From Chrysomallon squamiferum (lineage: Eukaryota; Animalia; Mollusca), in the NCBI GenBank assembly GCA_012295275.1, contig CM022669.1:17670001-17734000 (forward strand): 64,000 bases of DNA, in the 5' to 3' direction. Made by a program: the position numbers and the translations under genes. Positions 51,340 through 63,819 of this stretch are shown here, piece by piece (the first letter of the stretch is position 1; every line of letters starts with the position of its first letter). The notes under the pieces were generated by a model. The model was given only the letters and a program-made list of their open reading frames with translations, had not been told where the DNA came from and did not search any database.

Positions 51340-51900
51340 ACGTACTGCCATGTGACGCCATGCTGGATTTTTTAGGATTTGTTTCAATCGATCATATTAC
51401 AATAAAAAGGAAACATAAATTAAAGAGAAATAAGATATTAAACACCTTAATATACCAAGAAATTAAACTGTACCAAAGCTGAGTCATTCGTTCACTACAA
51501 AAACGTAAACAAACGACATCAATTGGCACTGACAGTGATACCTACACTGGATTCTGCTCGCAGAAAGAAGTATGAGTCACGTGACTTTGCCAGAATTCGC
51601 GCCGCCATATATTTCACGAAGATGACGTCAGAGTGGAATTCCCTGTCGTATCGCGTATTACTCCATTAAAATTTAATAATATTACTGAAATCAAAGATTA
51701 AATATTATAATCAATGCCCTGCATATAACTGAAAACAATATTATTTTCTTACCGATGACAGGAAACAAAACAATAAACGAAAATGTACGATCGTTGATTA
51801 GCCGCAAGAGGGCGCCGAGCAGCATTAACCATAACAAAGGATCGTCTGCTGGCCTGTTGAAACGTGTTTGTAATGTCAGAAGTATGTGACATATATAAAC
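51340..51900 (-). promoter_or_regulatory. CpG-retaining promoter / non-coding first exon(s) of UBAP2L
   Basis: Palindromic E-box AGTCACGTGACT 51575-51586, YY1-like ATGGCGGC (minus) 51601-51608, CRE TGACGTCA 51623-51630, CTCF-like CCGCAAGAGGGCGC 51802-51815; minus-strand donors after 51753 (G|GTAAG), 51542 and 51346. Confidence 0.7.
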
Positions 51901-52657
51901 AAATCTCAAGTTCTCACTTGCATTCGTATTTTTTTTACATGAAAATCTTTATTAAAAACATGAGTTTTATTTCAGCTGTTCCAGATATGCAGTGCTATTA
52001 ATAACATTAAAAAGTGGGCAAAAACGGCAAATCGAAAATCTTTAAATCACGTTTTTTTTTAGCGAATTGAGTTCCCGTTCTTAAAACTCTGTTGAGTTTG
52101 ACAGGTTCTTACGCGTTATCATGGAAACAGTTATGTGTTTAGTAAAATGAATTAATATTATTATTATTATTTCAAAAAATAAAAATAAAATAATAACAAC
52201 AGTGAAATAATACATTTTCGTAATGATTAATAATTGTCCAACTAAATGGGTCATGAAAGGTTTCTGTTGCTAAATAGTATCTGGTCATACAAGGACAACT
52301 CTGTCTCGGTTCTTGACATTAATTTCTTAATAGAGCGAATCGTGTCTGTTTTTGAAGATCTATATTTTGTTAGTCTTGACTTGGTTCATTTATAACATAG
52401 TATGATGTATTTCATTTATTCGTTGACTTGTAGGTAATGAAAGAATAAACCTAACAATACTTAACAATATCTCAGCATATTTAATATTAATGTCTTTTAT
52501 TTATTTTATTTTATTTTATTTTTTAATTTATCTGCTTATTTGTTTATAAGTTTGCCTGTGTGTGTGCGTGTGCGTGAGAATAACGTGGATATGTACTAGT
52601 TGAGATGTGTAATATTTTGAAAATAATTTATAAATTTTAAAATGTTTTTTATTTTTT

Positions 52658-52713
<56 letters not shown>

Positions 52714-53093
52714 AAATCAACTTTTTATTTTATTCTTTATTTTTAAGACATATCATAATCAGACAAAACTGTATTGATACAACACAAACATTTATTACAG
52801 TACGTGTAGCCGATTCAAATTATTATTATTTTTTTTTACTGAATATATTAAATTAAGCAACAACAACAATAATGATAATAATAACACTAAATAATAATCA
52901 AATATCATTAATAATAAAAATGAGGATAATGATCATGAAATAGTTTTAAAACAATTCGTTATACCATACTTACAGGTCTATATCCTTCTTTGTCCCCCTA
53001 TTTGTTATCGATGTTGACTATTCGTGGAGTTTTGTCGGTCACCGGTAAAATCTATGCTGTAAAAAACAAAAATCGCCTGATTATGCGATTAGA

Positions 53094-53154
<61 letters not shown>

Positions 53155-53799
53155 AACAATGTTCAGAATTCTTAATATCCTTTTATTATCAAACTGTTCA
53201 AAAATATTTCTAACGATTAATTTAAGAATCTCGAAAATATAATCTGTAACACTTTTATATATATATATATATATTTTTTTTTTTTTTGATAGCATTATTA
53301 TATTAAGAATCAGACATTATTACAGAAGATATAGAAAAACAATGATAACATCAAAATAAAATAAAATAAAATAAAACGACAAAAGCAAAATTATATCGCG
53401 ACTAATTCACTCGTTACTTTTCGTTGATTCTCGAGAGACTCATTCGTTACTTCTCGGTCAGAAGTCTCGGGAATTCTCGGTTGACCTAGAACTGTCATTT
53501 TTCCCGTCTTACCACCGTATTAAAACATTTATTTTATTTTTTGTTAACTTCTTTTCTTCTTCTTCTTTTATAATAATGTGAATTTGTATGAGGTGTTTTA
53601 TTTGTTTTCTTTTTTCTTTTTATTCTTTTATTTAGCAATGATCTTGATTTCGTTTTCGCTGAAAGTAAAATTAATTATAATATTATACTTAAATTTTAAA
53701 CCTTTTGATTATAATGTATATAATTATGTATGTATATTAGTGAGTGTGTGTATGTATGTGTGTATGTGTATAACAAAATTAAAAGATGTGTATATATAG

Positions 53800-54313
53800 C
53801 GTGAGCTCCAAGAAATGCACTTTAACACCTGATATCTCCAAATGGAAACTTGATCATTCTAACGACTGTGAGCATTCATAACGATGAAGTCCTTCTTGTC
53901 AGTTTTCTCAACATCATTTGTGGAACATGTAACCTTTTGTTTTAATATTTAATATTTAAAATTTAGTTTTAACATTTAATATTTAAAATTTAGTTTTAAC
54001 ATTTAATATTTAGCATTTAATTTTAACATTTAATATTTAGCATTTAGGTTTTCGCACTTCGTTTTTCACTCCGGTTTTACTTTCTATGTCTCGTCGTGAA
54101 ACTCGTATCCTCTTTAAGCTTTCATTCCAGCTTTTTTATCATTCTCTGAACTAAAGTGCGGGATATTCCAGGATCAGACACAGTATATCTCTGTGACCTA
54201 CATGTTCCTGCATCGTCCAGTTCGAAGCTGTTAGTTTCTTCTACGTGTTGAATATTCTCTTGTATATATGCTATTTTAGATCGGCAACTTCCCACTTACG
54301 ACTCAGTGGATCC
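53800..54313 (-). mobile_element. Decayed Tc1/mariner (DD37D/maT-like) transposase fragment interrupted by a minisatellite
   Basis: Minus frames GSTES*VGSCRSKIAYIQENIQHVEE...SQRY...GISRTLVQRMIKK...KRIRVSRRD (HTH region, 54050-54313) and TDKKDFIV...SR*NDQV (first catalytic-D motif, ~53850-53903), with stops and frameshifts. Confidence 0.65.
53936..54047. repeat. AT-rich minisatellite (21-27-bp units, ttttaacatttaatattta...)
   Basis: 4-5 direct copies visible. Confidence 0.8.
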
Positions 54314-54353
54314 TGTACTTTAAATTTTTTTTCAGATTATTTTTTTAATGTTT

Positions 54354-54421
<68 letters not shown>

Positions 54422-54521
54422 CATAATAATACATTTTTTTACCTGGTGTTTTTGATGATTTAAACCACAGCTTAAGTTACATGAAGCGGGCTGGTTCCGG
54501 AACTGCGATTTTCGATATCTA

Positions 54522-54574
<53 letters not shown>

Positions 54575-54966
54575 AATAGATAGATATATAGATAAATTGT
54601 TTTAATTCTAAATCTTATCACTCAGTAAACAGTCTGAAAGAACCAATAATGTTCAGACTATTTTTCCTACATAATTAAAATTTTAACTTACAGAGGGTTT
54701 GAGCTAAGTATAGCCTCTATACCAGCTTCCACTGTATTTTTGTTGTTCATGACGTCAGTGAATTGTTGTCTCATTTATGTCTTGAAATGATGACGTCAGA
54801 AACAAAGCTAAAAGATGGCTAAATATATATGCATTTATTTATTTATTCTCGATTACTATATTACTTGGTAATTCAGAAAAAACTAAGCAATATCCCGACA
54901 CAGTTTTTTTCTTGAATTAATGAAATAATATTATGTCTAGAAGATCTCTCTCTCTCTCTCTCTTTC

Positions 54967-55016
<50 letters not shown>

Positions 55017-55409
55017 CTGGAGGAAGTAGCTAAAATGTTACCGTAATACAACTGGTCACCAGTCGCTCACAAATTCTTCTTATTAATACACTACCTTTCA
55101 AAATGAATAAATTAATTAATTAATAATAATAACAAAATTATATATAAAAACATGCATCTACTTTAATAAATAAATACAAATTTAAAATAAAAATAATAAT
55201 ACTAGTAACACTAATACTAATACTATAATAATAATAATAGTAATAATAATAATAATAGTATGCAATCACTATACCGAAAAATTCAATACTGATCTTGACA
55301 CCTCTATCATCATTATTTTTTTTTTCTCGTTCTTTTTTTTGAAAACAACATAAATAACTTGGAGCAGCCTAAAAATTGAAAGCATAGAGAGCAAATACCG
55401 AGACCTGAG

Positions 55410-55783
55410 AGCAGTAGATGTTGTAGTATTAGTATTAGCAGTAGTAGTAGTAGTTGTTGTTGTTGTTGTAGTAGTAGTAACAGCAGCAGGATAGAAATAT
55501 TAGCAGTTTTAATAATAATAATAATAACTAATCAAGTAATAGTAGTATTAGCAGTAAAAAATAATAGCAGTAGAACAAGTAGTAGTAGTAGTATAATAAG
55601 TAGTAGTAGTGTAAGCAGTAGTAGTAACAGAAGTAGAAGTAGATGATAGTAGTAGTAATTGTATCAATTGCAGTAACAGTAAGAGTTTTAGTAGATGTAC
55701 TATTAGTAGTAGCAGTAATAGTTATGGAAAGTGTAGTAATAGTTGTAGTTATAGTTTTAAAAGTAATAACAGTAATAGTAAAG

Positions 55784-55841
<58 letters not shown>

Positions 55842-55860
55842 AAGTGCTAGTAACATAATT
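55410..55860. repeat. (GTA)n-derived low-complexity tract
   Basis: Direct reading; source of the spurious poly-V/poly-L ORFs. Confidence 0.9.
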
Positions 55861-56422
55861 CTATTTGCTGTCGATATAGATTTCTTTTTTCTTTGTGTTG
55901 TTGTTTCTAAATTAAGAAACATTGAGGCTATTAAAAAATCAATGTTTGGTGACGTTTGCATCCTTGTAAATTGATCTCTAACGTGTTAACGAACCGCATA
56001 CAATAAAAAAATAAATTAAATTTATAATAAGAATAATAAAATAAATAAATACAGAATAAAATAATAAAATTAAAGGATCATATTTAACTTTCCCAAATTA
56101 TTATAATTTTGTGAATCGAAAAATGATTATTTTATATATTTCTCTTTCTTTTTATATACCTTGATATTTGTGTGAAATCACTTAAAACATAAAATAAATA
56201 TGAACCTAATGTTGCATTGCACATGAAATGTTTTTTTTTTTAACTCTGCTACCTTTTTGAAAGATGAAAAAAATAACGATGGACGTGTCAATAAATGTAA
56301 GAAAAGTACATCTTTTTGATCCTAAAGTTGTGTCTGTGCAAACACACACGCACGCGCGCGCGCACACAAACACACACACACACACATATACCAGCGCGTT
56401 CATCAAAAGTGATTAGAAAAAT

Positions 56423-56494
<72 letters not shown>

Positions 56495-56739
56495 TATGTG
56501 TCTGTGTCGTTTTAATATCTGTATAAAGGGAAAATGCATTTTTTTTCTCTAAAAGCCCTATTAAACTCACAACAAAACTTTTAAGTTTTGTTATAAAGTT
56601 TTTGAAACTGTCAAAAAACAAAATCTAATGTTAATAAAAATTGAAATTAATAATAAATGCATGTGTGTATAAAAACGGAGGGAAATAACCAGTTTAAAAA
56701 TTCTAAAGAACAATGACATGGAATATTTTTACTATAAAT

Positions 56740-57046
56740 TGTAGTAATCTATCACACGTGAGAAAAGACGTGGCTGTTTAATTAATCCATAATCTATGTC
56801 CATAAAGTATTGTAAATTTATGCCACATCATAACGCGAGTGAGTGTGCAGTTAGATGTCAAACGATATATTATACGTGGACGCCGAAGTTTAGAAATGGT
56901 CGATTATAGCCAACGACAGTCTTGAGCGATGTGATTGGCCGAGAAATTGAATTGAATCGTGGCAAGGATGTCTTTATAAACCGTGCCGTTTCTTCCTTCT
57001 GCATTCAGACTCACTTGACATTCGGTTCAAACAGTAGCAGCTAAAG
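56740..57046 (+). promoter_or_regulatory. Cyclophilin core promoter and non-coding exon 1 (~57007-57046)
   Basis: Inverted CCAAT box (gATTGGcc, 56933-56940), TATAAA 56975-56980, Inr-like TCAGAC 57005-57010, donor AAG|gtaagc after 57046, acceptor ccacag at 57451. Confidence 0.7.
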
Positions 57047-57458
57047 GTAAGCATTTCAGTTTTTATTTTTGTTTAAATATATTTTATATTTGGTCGCAAT
57101 TAATAACTGTTCATGTTTAAAATTGTAATTGATGAAGCTTAAAATGAATCTCATAATGCTCATTTTTTTTAAAAATAATAATAAGTTAAATGCGACGAAA
57201 GAAAGAAGCTAACGTAAGACATTAAAAATTCCTTAAAAAAATTAAAAAGAAAAGAAAACAAAAGAAAAAAAAAAAAAGAAAAGAAAGAAAAGAAAAAAAT
57301 AAAGAAAAAAGAAAAACAAGAACGGAGAAATAACGAAGGAAAAGAAAGTGTTTTAAAAGAACAATTCCATATAATAAAACAATTATGGCTTCAAAACTTA
57401 CAAAATTCATATAACTTGAAATTATTTCAAATCTAATTTTTTATTCCACAGAAAAAGA

Positions 57459-57728
57459 ATGTATTCCACAATTGTCGTATGCGTTGCCTTGTTGGCCCTT
57501 GCTTCAGGGCAAGATGCCACCGCTAAACCCAAACCCAAGAAGAACATGCCTTCAAACCACACGGTCACCGACGAGGTAGAAATGACCTTCGAAATAAAAA
57601 ACTTCGACGGCCAAGGAGAGGACTACTCTGGAACCATTACCATCGGTCTTTTTGGTGAAACCGCTCCAATGACTGTGCTGAACTTCAAAGGAATTTGCCA
57701 GGGCTTCAAAAGGGGCGGTTCCAGAGAG
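57459..57728 (+). CDS. Cyclophilin coding exon 1
   Basis: ATG 57459 to GAG|gtaaga. Confidence 0.92.
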
Positions 57729-58302
57729 GTAAGATAATTTTCTTTATTTTCTTTTCCTGTCGTGGTTGTAACTTTCGCGAGAATGGATAGATTCGCAAAG
57801 AATAAGAAGAAAAAAAAAAAGAAAAAAAAAGAAGAAGAAAAGAATAAAAAAACCAAATTAATATTTATTAGACATGTAATTAATATCATTCTTTATTTAA
57901 TATCCGTTTTAAGTAAATCTAAAATATTATTTTTTCCGACAACAGTTACGTCTTACGTCTTTTAACATTTAAAGTTCATTTGCACACATTTTTAGTTAAG
58001 AAATGAATAGGAAAAAGATAGGTTATGTAATTAAATATTCAAAGCTATGTCTGGCCTTTTTTTGAAACGAGTCTGCTCTTATTTCCTTTTTCTATTTTAT
58101 CTTTACAATGAACTTTTTAATCTCTTGTAACATGTAACGTGGATTTATTGACAAGACGTAACGGCTGTTTCAAATATCCAATAAAATGTTCGATTAAATG
58201 TCACGTGCTCTATTGATTTCGGAAGCAAACGTGGACTCCTTGCCACGTGGAATAAAATGCAGTCACAACAAAGAAAATTTCCTTTACTTAGTAAATTCAA
58301 AA

Positions 58303-58336
<34 letters not shown>

Positions 58337-59754
58337 TGTAAATTTATAAATTTATTATTTTCTAAAATCCGTCTTATTTTAAAATGTTCTACAACTTGTT
58401 GATTACTACTGTCAATACTTAAGCCGAAATAACAACATTTATTCATATATTACTAAAGCAAAATGTCATAACATGTACATTTTGTAAATACCACTTTAAC
58501 AATTAACAATTGAAATTAAAAAAAAAAATATATATTTTTTAAACAGGGTGATAGCGACTTTCCAAAACTGTAATTACTTTTTAGTTTCCATCTCGATTTC
58601 AGTACTGTGTATACTGTTTGTATTTCAGAAAAAACTCCACTTCAAGAACACTTACTGCCATCGTTTGGTGAAAGACATGCTTGTACAATGCGGTGATGTC
58701 ACCACCGGAGACGGAACTGGATGTGAGTAACATCAGTCGCAAATAGCATTACGTTCTCAAAGCTTGAATTCTAGCTGAGATATTTCCTTATGTTGCTTTC
58801 TTTCTTTCTTTCTTTCTTTTACTCACAGCTTTCTGATAATTTATTAATTTAACAGTCTATTAAACTGCAGTTAAAGTAATGAATGTTTCTGAGACTTTAG
58901 AATCATTTCTGTTTTGCTAGTACTGTTACCATAAATATTCCACTAATACCACTATTATTATTATTATTATAACGACCACTACTACTACTACTACTACTAC
59001 TGCTGCTGCTGCTGTTACTATTACCACCATTACTACTACCGTAATACAACACTGACTATTCTGACTACCGTTACTACTATTACTACAGCTACTACTGTTA
59101 TTACTATCATAACGACCACTATTATTATTACCTTAACCTTTCTTCTTATTCTACCAGTATTTCCACTACTGCAACAATTAGTACTAACTACTATTACTAC
59201 TACTGGTATTACGAATGCAACTAACAAATGCTATTGGCTGCTACTACTTTTGATACTACTGCTTCTACCATAGAAATACAACTTGGAACTCCCAACCAGT
59301 CATTGTGTAAAACCTAATGCTAAAGTTATTTCTTATTGCAAATATTAATTTAAAGTAATGCTCTGAACATTCCGACATCTGTAATTCCTCTTAAGGTTTT
59401 TTGCTCAAGGAAGTATGTACAATAAAAATAGTTAATTACCTTGCAATTATTAGTGAGCCTACGAAATTGTTAGAAATTAGTCAATTTAAATTGTTAAACA
59501 AAATTAAACCAACATTTGTTTTTGTTCACAGCAAGGAGTATCTATGGTGACCGATTCAACGACGAGAACTTCATCATCAGCCACGAGAGCGCCGGCATCA
59601 TTTCCATGGCCAACCACGGCTCCGACACCAACGGCTCCCAGTTCTTCATCAGCTTCACCAGATGCCGATATCTCGACGGCAGACATGTTGCTTTTGGAAA
59701 GATCGTCAAAGGAATGGTACGATAATTTCATTTTATTTTATTTATTTATTTATT

Positions 59755-59786
<32 letters not shown>

Positions 59787-59833
59787 GTTTAAATACTTAA
59801 TTAACCAATTAATTAATTATTCCTTATACTTCC

Positions 59834-59864
<31 letters not shown>

Positions 59865-60096
59865 TATGTTAGATAATTTACTAAACATTTAAATCTAAAG
59901 ATCTAACAACGAAAACATAACTCTGGGTTGTCTTTTACAGGACGTTATCGAGCAGATGAACGAAATGGGACCTGACGGCAGTGGTGCCTCACCCAAACAT
60001 CCCATCAAAATAACAGAGTGCGATGTGAAAACAGTGGAGCCATATCAACTGAGCAGGAAATTTATGCAAAGCGATGATCCCAACAACGAATTGTAA
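57459..60096 (+). CDS. Secretory-pathway cyclophilin-type peptidyl-prolyl isomerase (CypB/CypC-like, divergent); join(57459..57728,58629..58722,59532..59716,59941..60096), 234 aa
   Basis: Signal peptide [17 protein letters not shown]; motifs [96 protein letters not shown]; ends NNEL*; all introns GT-AG and in phase. Confidence 0.93.
58629..58722 (+). CDS. Cyclophilin coding exon 2
   Basis: [31 protein letters not shown]; tttcag| ... |gtgagt. Confidence 0.92.
58920..59270. repeat. (CTA)n-derived low-complexity tract in a cyclophilin intron
   Basis: Direct reading. Confidence 0.9.
59532..59716 (+). CDS. Cyclophilin coding exon 3
   Basis: [13 protein letters not shown]...FGKIVKGM|gtacga. Confidence 0.93.
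59941..60096 (+). CDS. Cyclophilin coding exon 4 (stop)
   Basis: [51 protein letters not shown]; AATAAA at 60236 and further downstream. Confidence 0.9.
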   Translation, partial: DVIEQMNEMGPDGSGASPKHPIKITECDVKTVEPYQLSRKFMQSDDPNNEL

Positions 60097-60544
60097 ATTA
60101 GTATGAAAACAATTACCAACTTTCTTTGTTTTTAATTAATTTAATTTTTTTTTTTTTTTTAGATAGACATTTAAACAATGTACGTAGAAATGTAACATCA
60201 GGCACCATGTATTTGTAATATACGTTGATCATCCTAATAAATCATCTGAAAATAAGAAATTCCATCATTTGTAAAAACATACTGCGGTCCTATGTACTTA
60301 AATGGGAAATAATTTGGTAACTTTCATTAATTAGAGTAGTTGCCCCTGATATTTTAAATAAATCAGAACTCGCATAAAAGATGATAATGACGATCATATT
60401 TATTTATTTATTTATTTATTTATTTATTTGCTCATTAGGAATTTATTTTAGAAAAATTAATTCATTTTGTTAATCAATTCCTACATTTCGTTTAGTACGG
60501 GGATCAAAATTTTTTAGGAAATTGCATTATTTTGATTAAATTCA

Positions 60545-61030
60545 TCTAAACAACAAATTTGGTTAGAACATCATATTTTTTCGTGTTGGAGAATATGTCT
60601 GACGTAGTTCTTCTATTTATCTACAAATACATGTTTGATGAGGACATCACTTAGCAATGAGATCTGTTTAGAAATAAAACAGAAGCGAATAAATGTTGTG
60701 ATGTACGAATGATCATTTTTTGTAATAAAATTCATTTGAAGTGAAAACAATGATTTGAGTTTTCTGTTCATTTTGGTTTATCTGTTAATGTTTTGTCTTG
60801 AGTACGATGTGAATTCTAAAAAACCAGAAGAAATTTAAAAAAAAAAATAAAAAAATAAGGAGAAAAAAAGAAAAGAAAAGAAAAGAGACATATTTCTGAG
60901 AGAAAAAAAGAAGAAGAAAGAAATCAATGTAAAGTAATTTAGAAAGAACCAGCGATACAAAATAAATAATAAACAGAACAAAGAAACAACCACAAAAACA
61001 AAAAATTACTTTTTAGTTTTTCTTCTTCTT

Positions 61031-61061
<31 letters not shown>

Positions 61062-61500
61062 TATTCACATATATATTTAAAAAGGAAAAAGGAAAGAAGG
61101 ACGCACACTATCACAAAATTGCCTGGCACTGCAACACCAGAGCCATGAATAAATAAATGAATGTACACTGTCTTTTATTTTTAAAATATTTTAATTTATT
61201 TATTTTATTTTATTTTATTTTATTTTATTTTATTTTATTTTATTTATTTTTATATTTTTTTTATTTTATTTTATTTTATTTATTTTTTTATTTTATTTAT
61301 TTTATTTTATTTTATTTTATTTTATTTTATTTTATTTATTTTTTATTATTAATTTTTTTATTTATTTTTGTTTTCATTTTTTTTCATTTTTTTTATATTA
61401 TTTAATTGTTTATTTTAATAAAATTTATCTAAGCAACAAATTTTGTTAAAACATCGTGTGTTTCGTGCTGGAAAATAAGTCTGATGTAGTTCTTCTATTT
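60545..61500. repeat. Dispersed ~75-bp direct duplication (60545-60619 and 61428-61500) downstream of cyclophilin
   Basis: tctaa(a/g)caacaaattt(g/t)gtta(g/a)aacatc...tttcgtg(t/c)tgga...gtctga(c/t)gtagttcttctattt in both copies. Confidence 0.8.
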
Positions 61501-61548
61501 GTTTTTATTATTATTATTATTATATGATATATTTACATTATTTATATT

Positions 61549-61579
<31 letters not shown>

Positions 61580-61606
61580 TTTCATTTCATTTATTATTAT
61601 TATTAC

Positions 61607-61675
<69 letters not shown>

Positions 61676-63089
61676 ATTTCGAAAGGTGTAATTTTGCATA
61701 TCGATGATACGAAGATGAACCTACAAAACAAAAACAACAAAAATCGTTGTCGCCGCTTCGTCATCAATACTTTTAAATTTACAGATGAATTATTTGTTAT
61801 AATCTTCCCGTAACAAAACAAACACGAGTCAAACATGGAGTTCTGTTTGGAACGGTAAATATATCGAATGATACCGCCTGTGATGTGGCAGGTCAATACA
61901 CTAAGCTTCATCAGCATCAGCAAATAAATTGATCTACTACTACTACTACATCTGCTGCTACAACTGCTGCTACTACTACTACTGTTACTACGACTAATAA
62001 TACTACTACTACTAATAATAATAAACAATAGTGGTACTGGTGGCAATAGTAATAGTACTAATAGTAACAGGAGTAGTAGTGGTAATAGTGGTAGTTACAG
62101 TGATAGTAGTAGTAATAGTAGTAATCATAATCAAATCATAAAAGTATTAACAGAACAGCAATGAAATACAAAATATAATTTAAAAGTTTAACCTAACCAC
62201 GTGATACATTTTTATAATGATTTGATAGGGATTTGATATATATATATTACAAATCAAATTGTTACAAAATAATAACTAGTGTCTGTGCCCACCCGGAATG
62301 TGTGTTTTGTTTGAATACTTTGTCAAACAAAATTTCAGTGATATCGTTCAGTTTAATATCCAGTACTATTTTCGTCTAGTGGAAAATTTTATTTCATTTT
62401 ATTGTTATTATTGTGTTTTTTTCTTAAAGAAAAATAAATTAAATTATATTTATGATGATGCGAACAAATTGTCGAAATGCGGATTATGTACTTGCAATTG
62501 TTTTTTGCTTTTTTTTTGTTTGTTTTTTCTTCTTTTATCTATGACGGTGTAGGCAAATATCGTAAATTATTTTGGCATATTTTCAAATGATTGTTATAGT
62601 TCTTTTTATATAAGTATCTAATGATAAAAATGTATAGAATGACAGTAAAGAATCTCCTGTTTATATATATTTTAATAAATAATAGGAATGACCATTGATA
62701 TAAGAACTATTTTTCTTGGTTAAAATTATTATTTTAAGTTTAAAAATTACAGGGGCAAAGTGTGTAGCCGTGTTCAGAATACTCCAGTGATCTGTAAAAG
62801 TGTTATATATAACTTAGGTACCATGGAATCAATGGCTTTACACATTATTTACATTCGGAAAAAAAGATGAAATATCTTGCATACTGGCCACATACATAAC
62901 TATTTTTTTAAATATGTTAATTATTTTATTATATTTTAATTTATTATTATTTTTTTTAATTTTAATTTTATTTTTTTTTAAATTTAAAAAAAAGAAAAGT
63001 TTATACACACACAAACATATAGATAGAAAGATAGATATAGATATATACATACATACATATAGTTACATATATATATATATTTATACTGA

Positions 63090-63330
63090 AGAAAGGAAAG
63101 AAGATGGACGGAGAAAGAAAATGTTTATTAAATCACGCCCTACGGTTATAATTATGGTCAACTATGTGATTAGAAATCACATCGACAATGAGAAAGGAAA
63201 GTTAACCCGGAAACCATGGGCACGGTACTGAGCTCATGGTTTAGTGAGAAATAGCCCAGCAGGACCACTAGCGAGTACTGATCCTTTGTAGTAATCCAGT
63301 GCACGTTAAAGCATATGTAGTCACACTTAC
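63090..63330 (-). mobile_element. Degenerate tRNA-derived SINE-like remnant
   Basis: gaaagaaaatgtttattaa tail and gagaaatagccca...gaccac...gatcct block resemble the reverse complement of gastropod tRNA-headed SINEs (recalled, not searched). Confidence 0.4.
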
Positions 63331-63627
63331 AGACACAGAAAGAAAAAAACTATTGACAATTTATCATTTATAATTTTAAACAAGTGTATGTACATTTATT
63401 AACAGACGTACATTTATTAACATACATACATAATAAATACATTTATACATATATACACGCATATATATATTTACACATACATACATACATACATACATAC
63501 ATACATACATACATTCATACATACATACATACATGCATACATACATATATACATACATACATACATATACATGTATACAAATATAAACACATACACAAAC
63601 AGACAGACCCACGCGTACCACTACAGT

Positions 63628-63819
63628 TCAGGTTCCAATGAGAAGATCCTGAACTTTGGACCAAGCTGTATCTGTTTCTGATGTAAGTTCTCTGTATGTC
63701 ATTTTATACGTCATCTTTATGTTTAAGACTCCGCTGCCTACAATGTATGCAGGCTTCTCCGCTTTTCCGCTGTACAAATACTTCATTTTACCCAATATCT
63801 TCAGAATATCCTGGAACAT
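63628..63819 (-). mobile_element. Possible decayed LINE (CR1/L2-type) endonuclease fragment
   Basis: GSGVL...YRELTSETDTAWSKVQDLLIG resembles the APE motif GGGVL...E..W.K....LLIG. Confidence 0.3.

Noticed and set aside
55643-56621. Poly-V, poly-L and poly-ER ORFs
   Set aside because: Translations of (GTA)n and (CT)n microsatellites
61670-61930. Strong minus-strand acceptor (ttttgttttgtag at ~61727) suggesting a terminal exon of another gene
   Set aside because: No recognisable coding frame or upstream partner exon in the window
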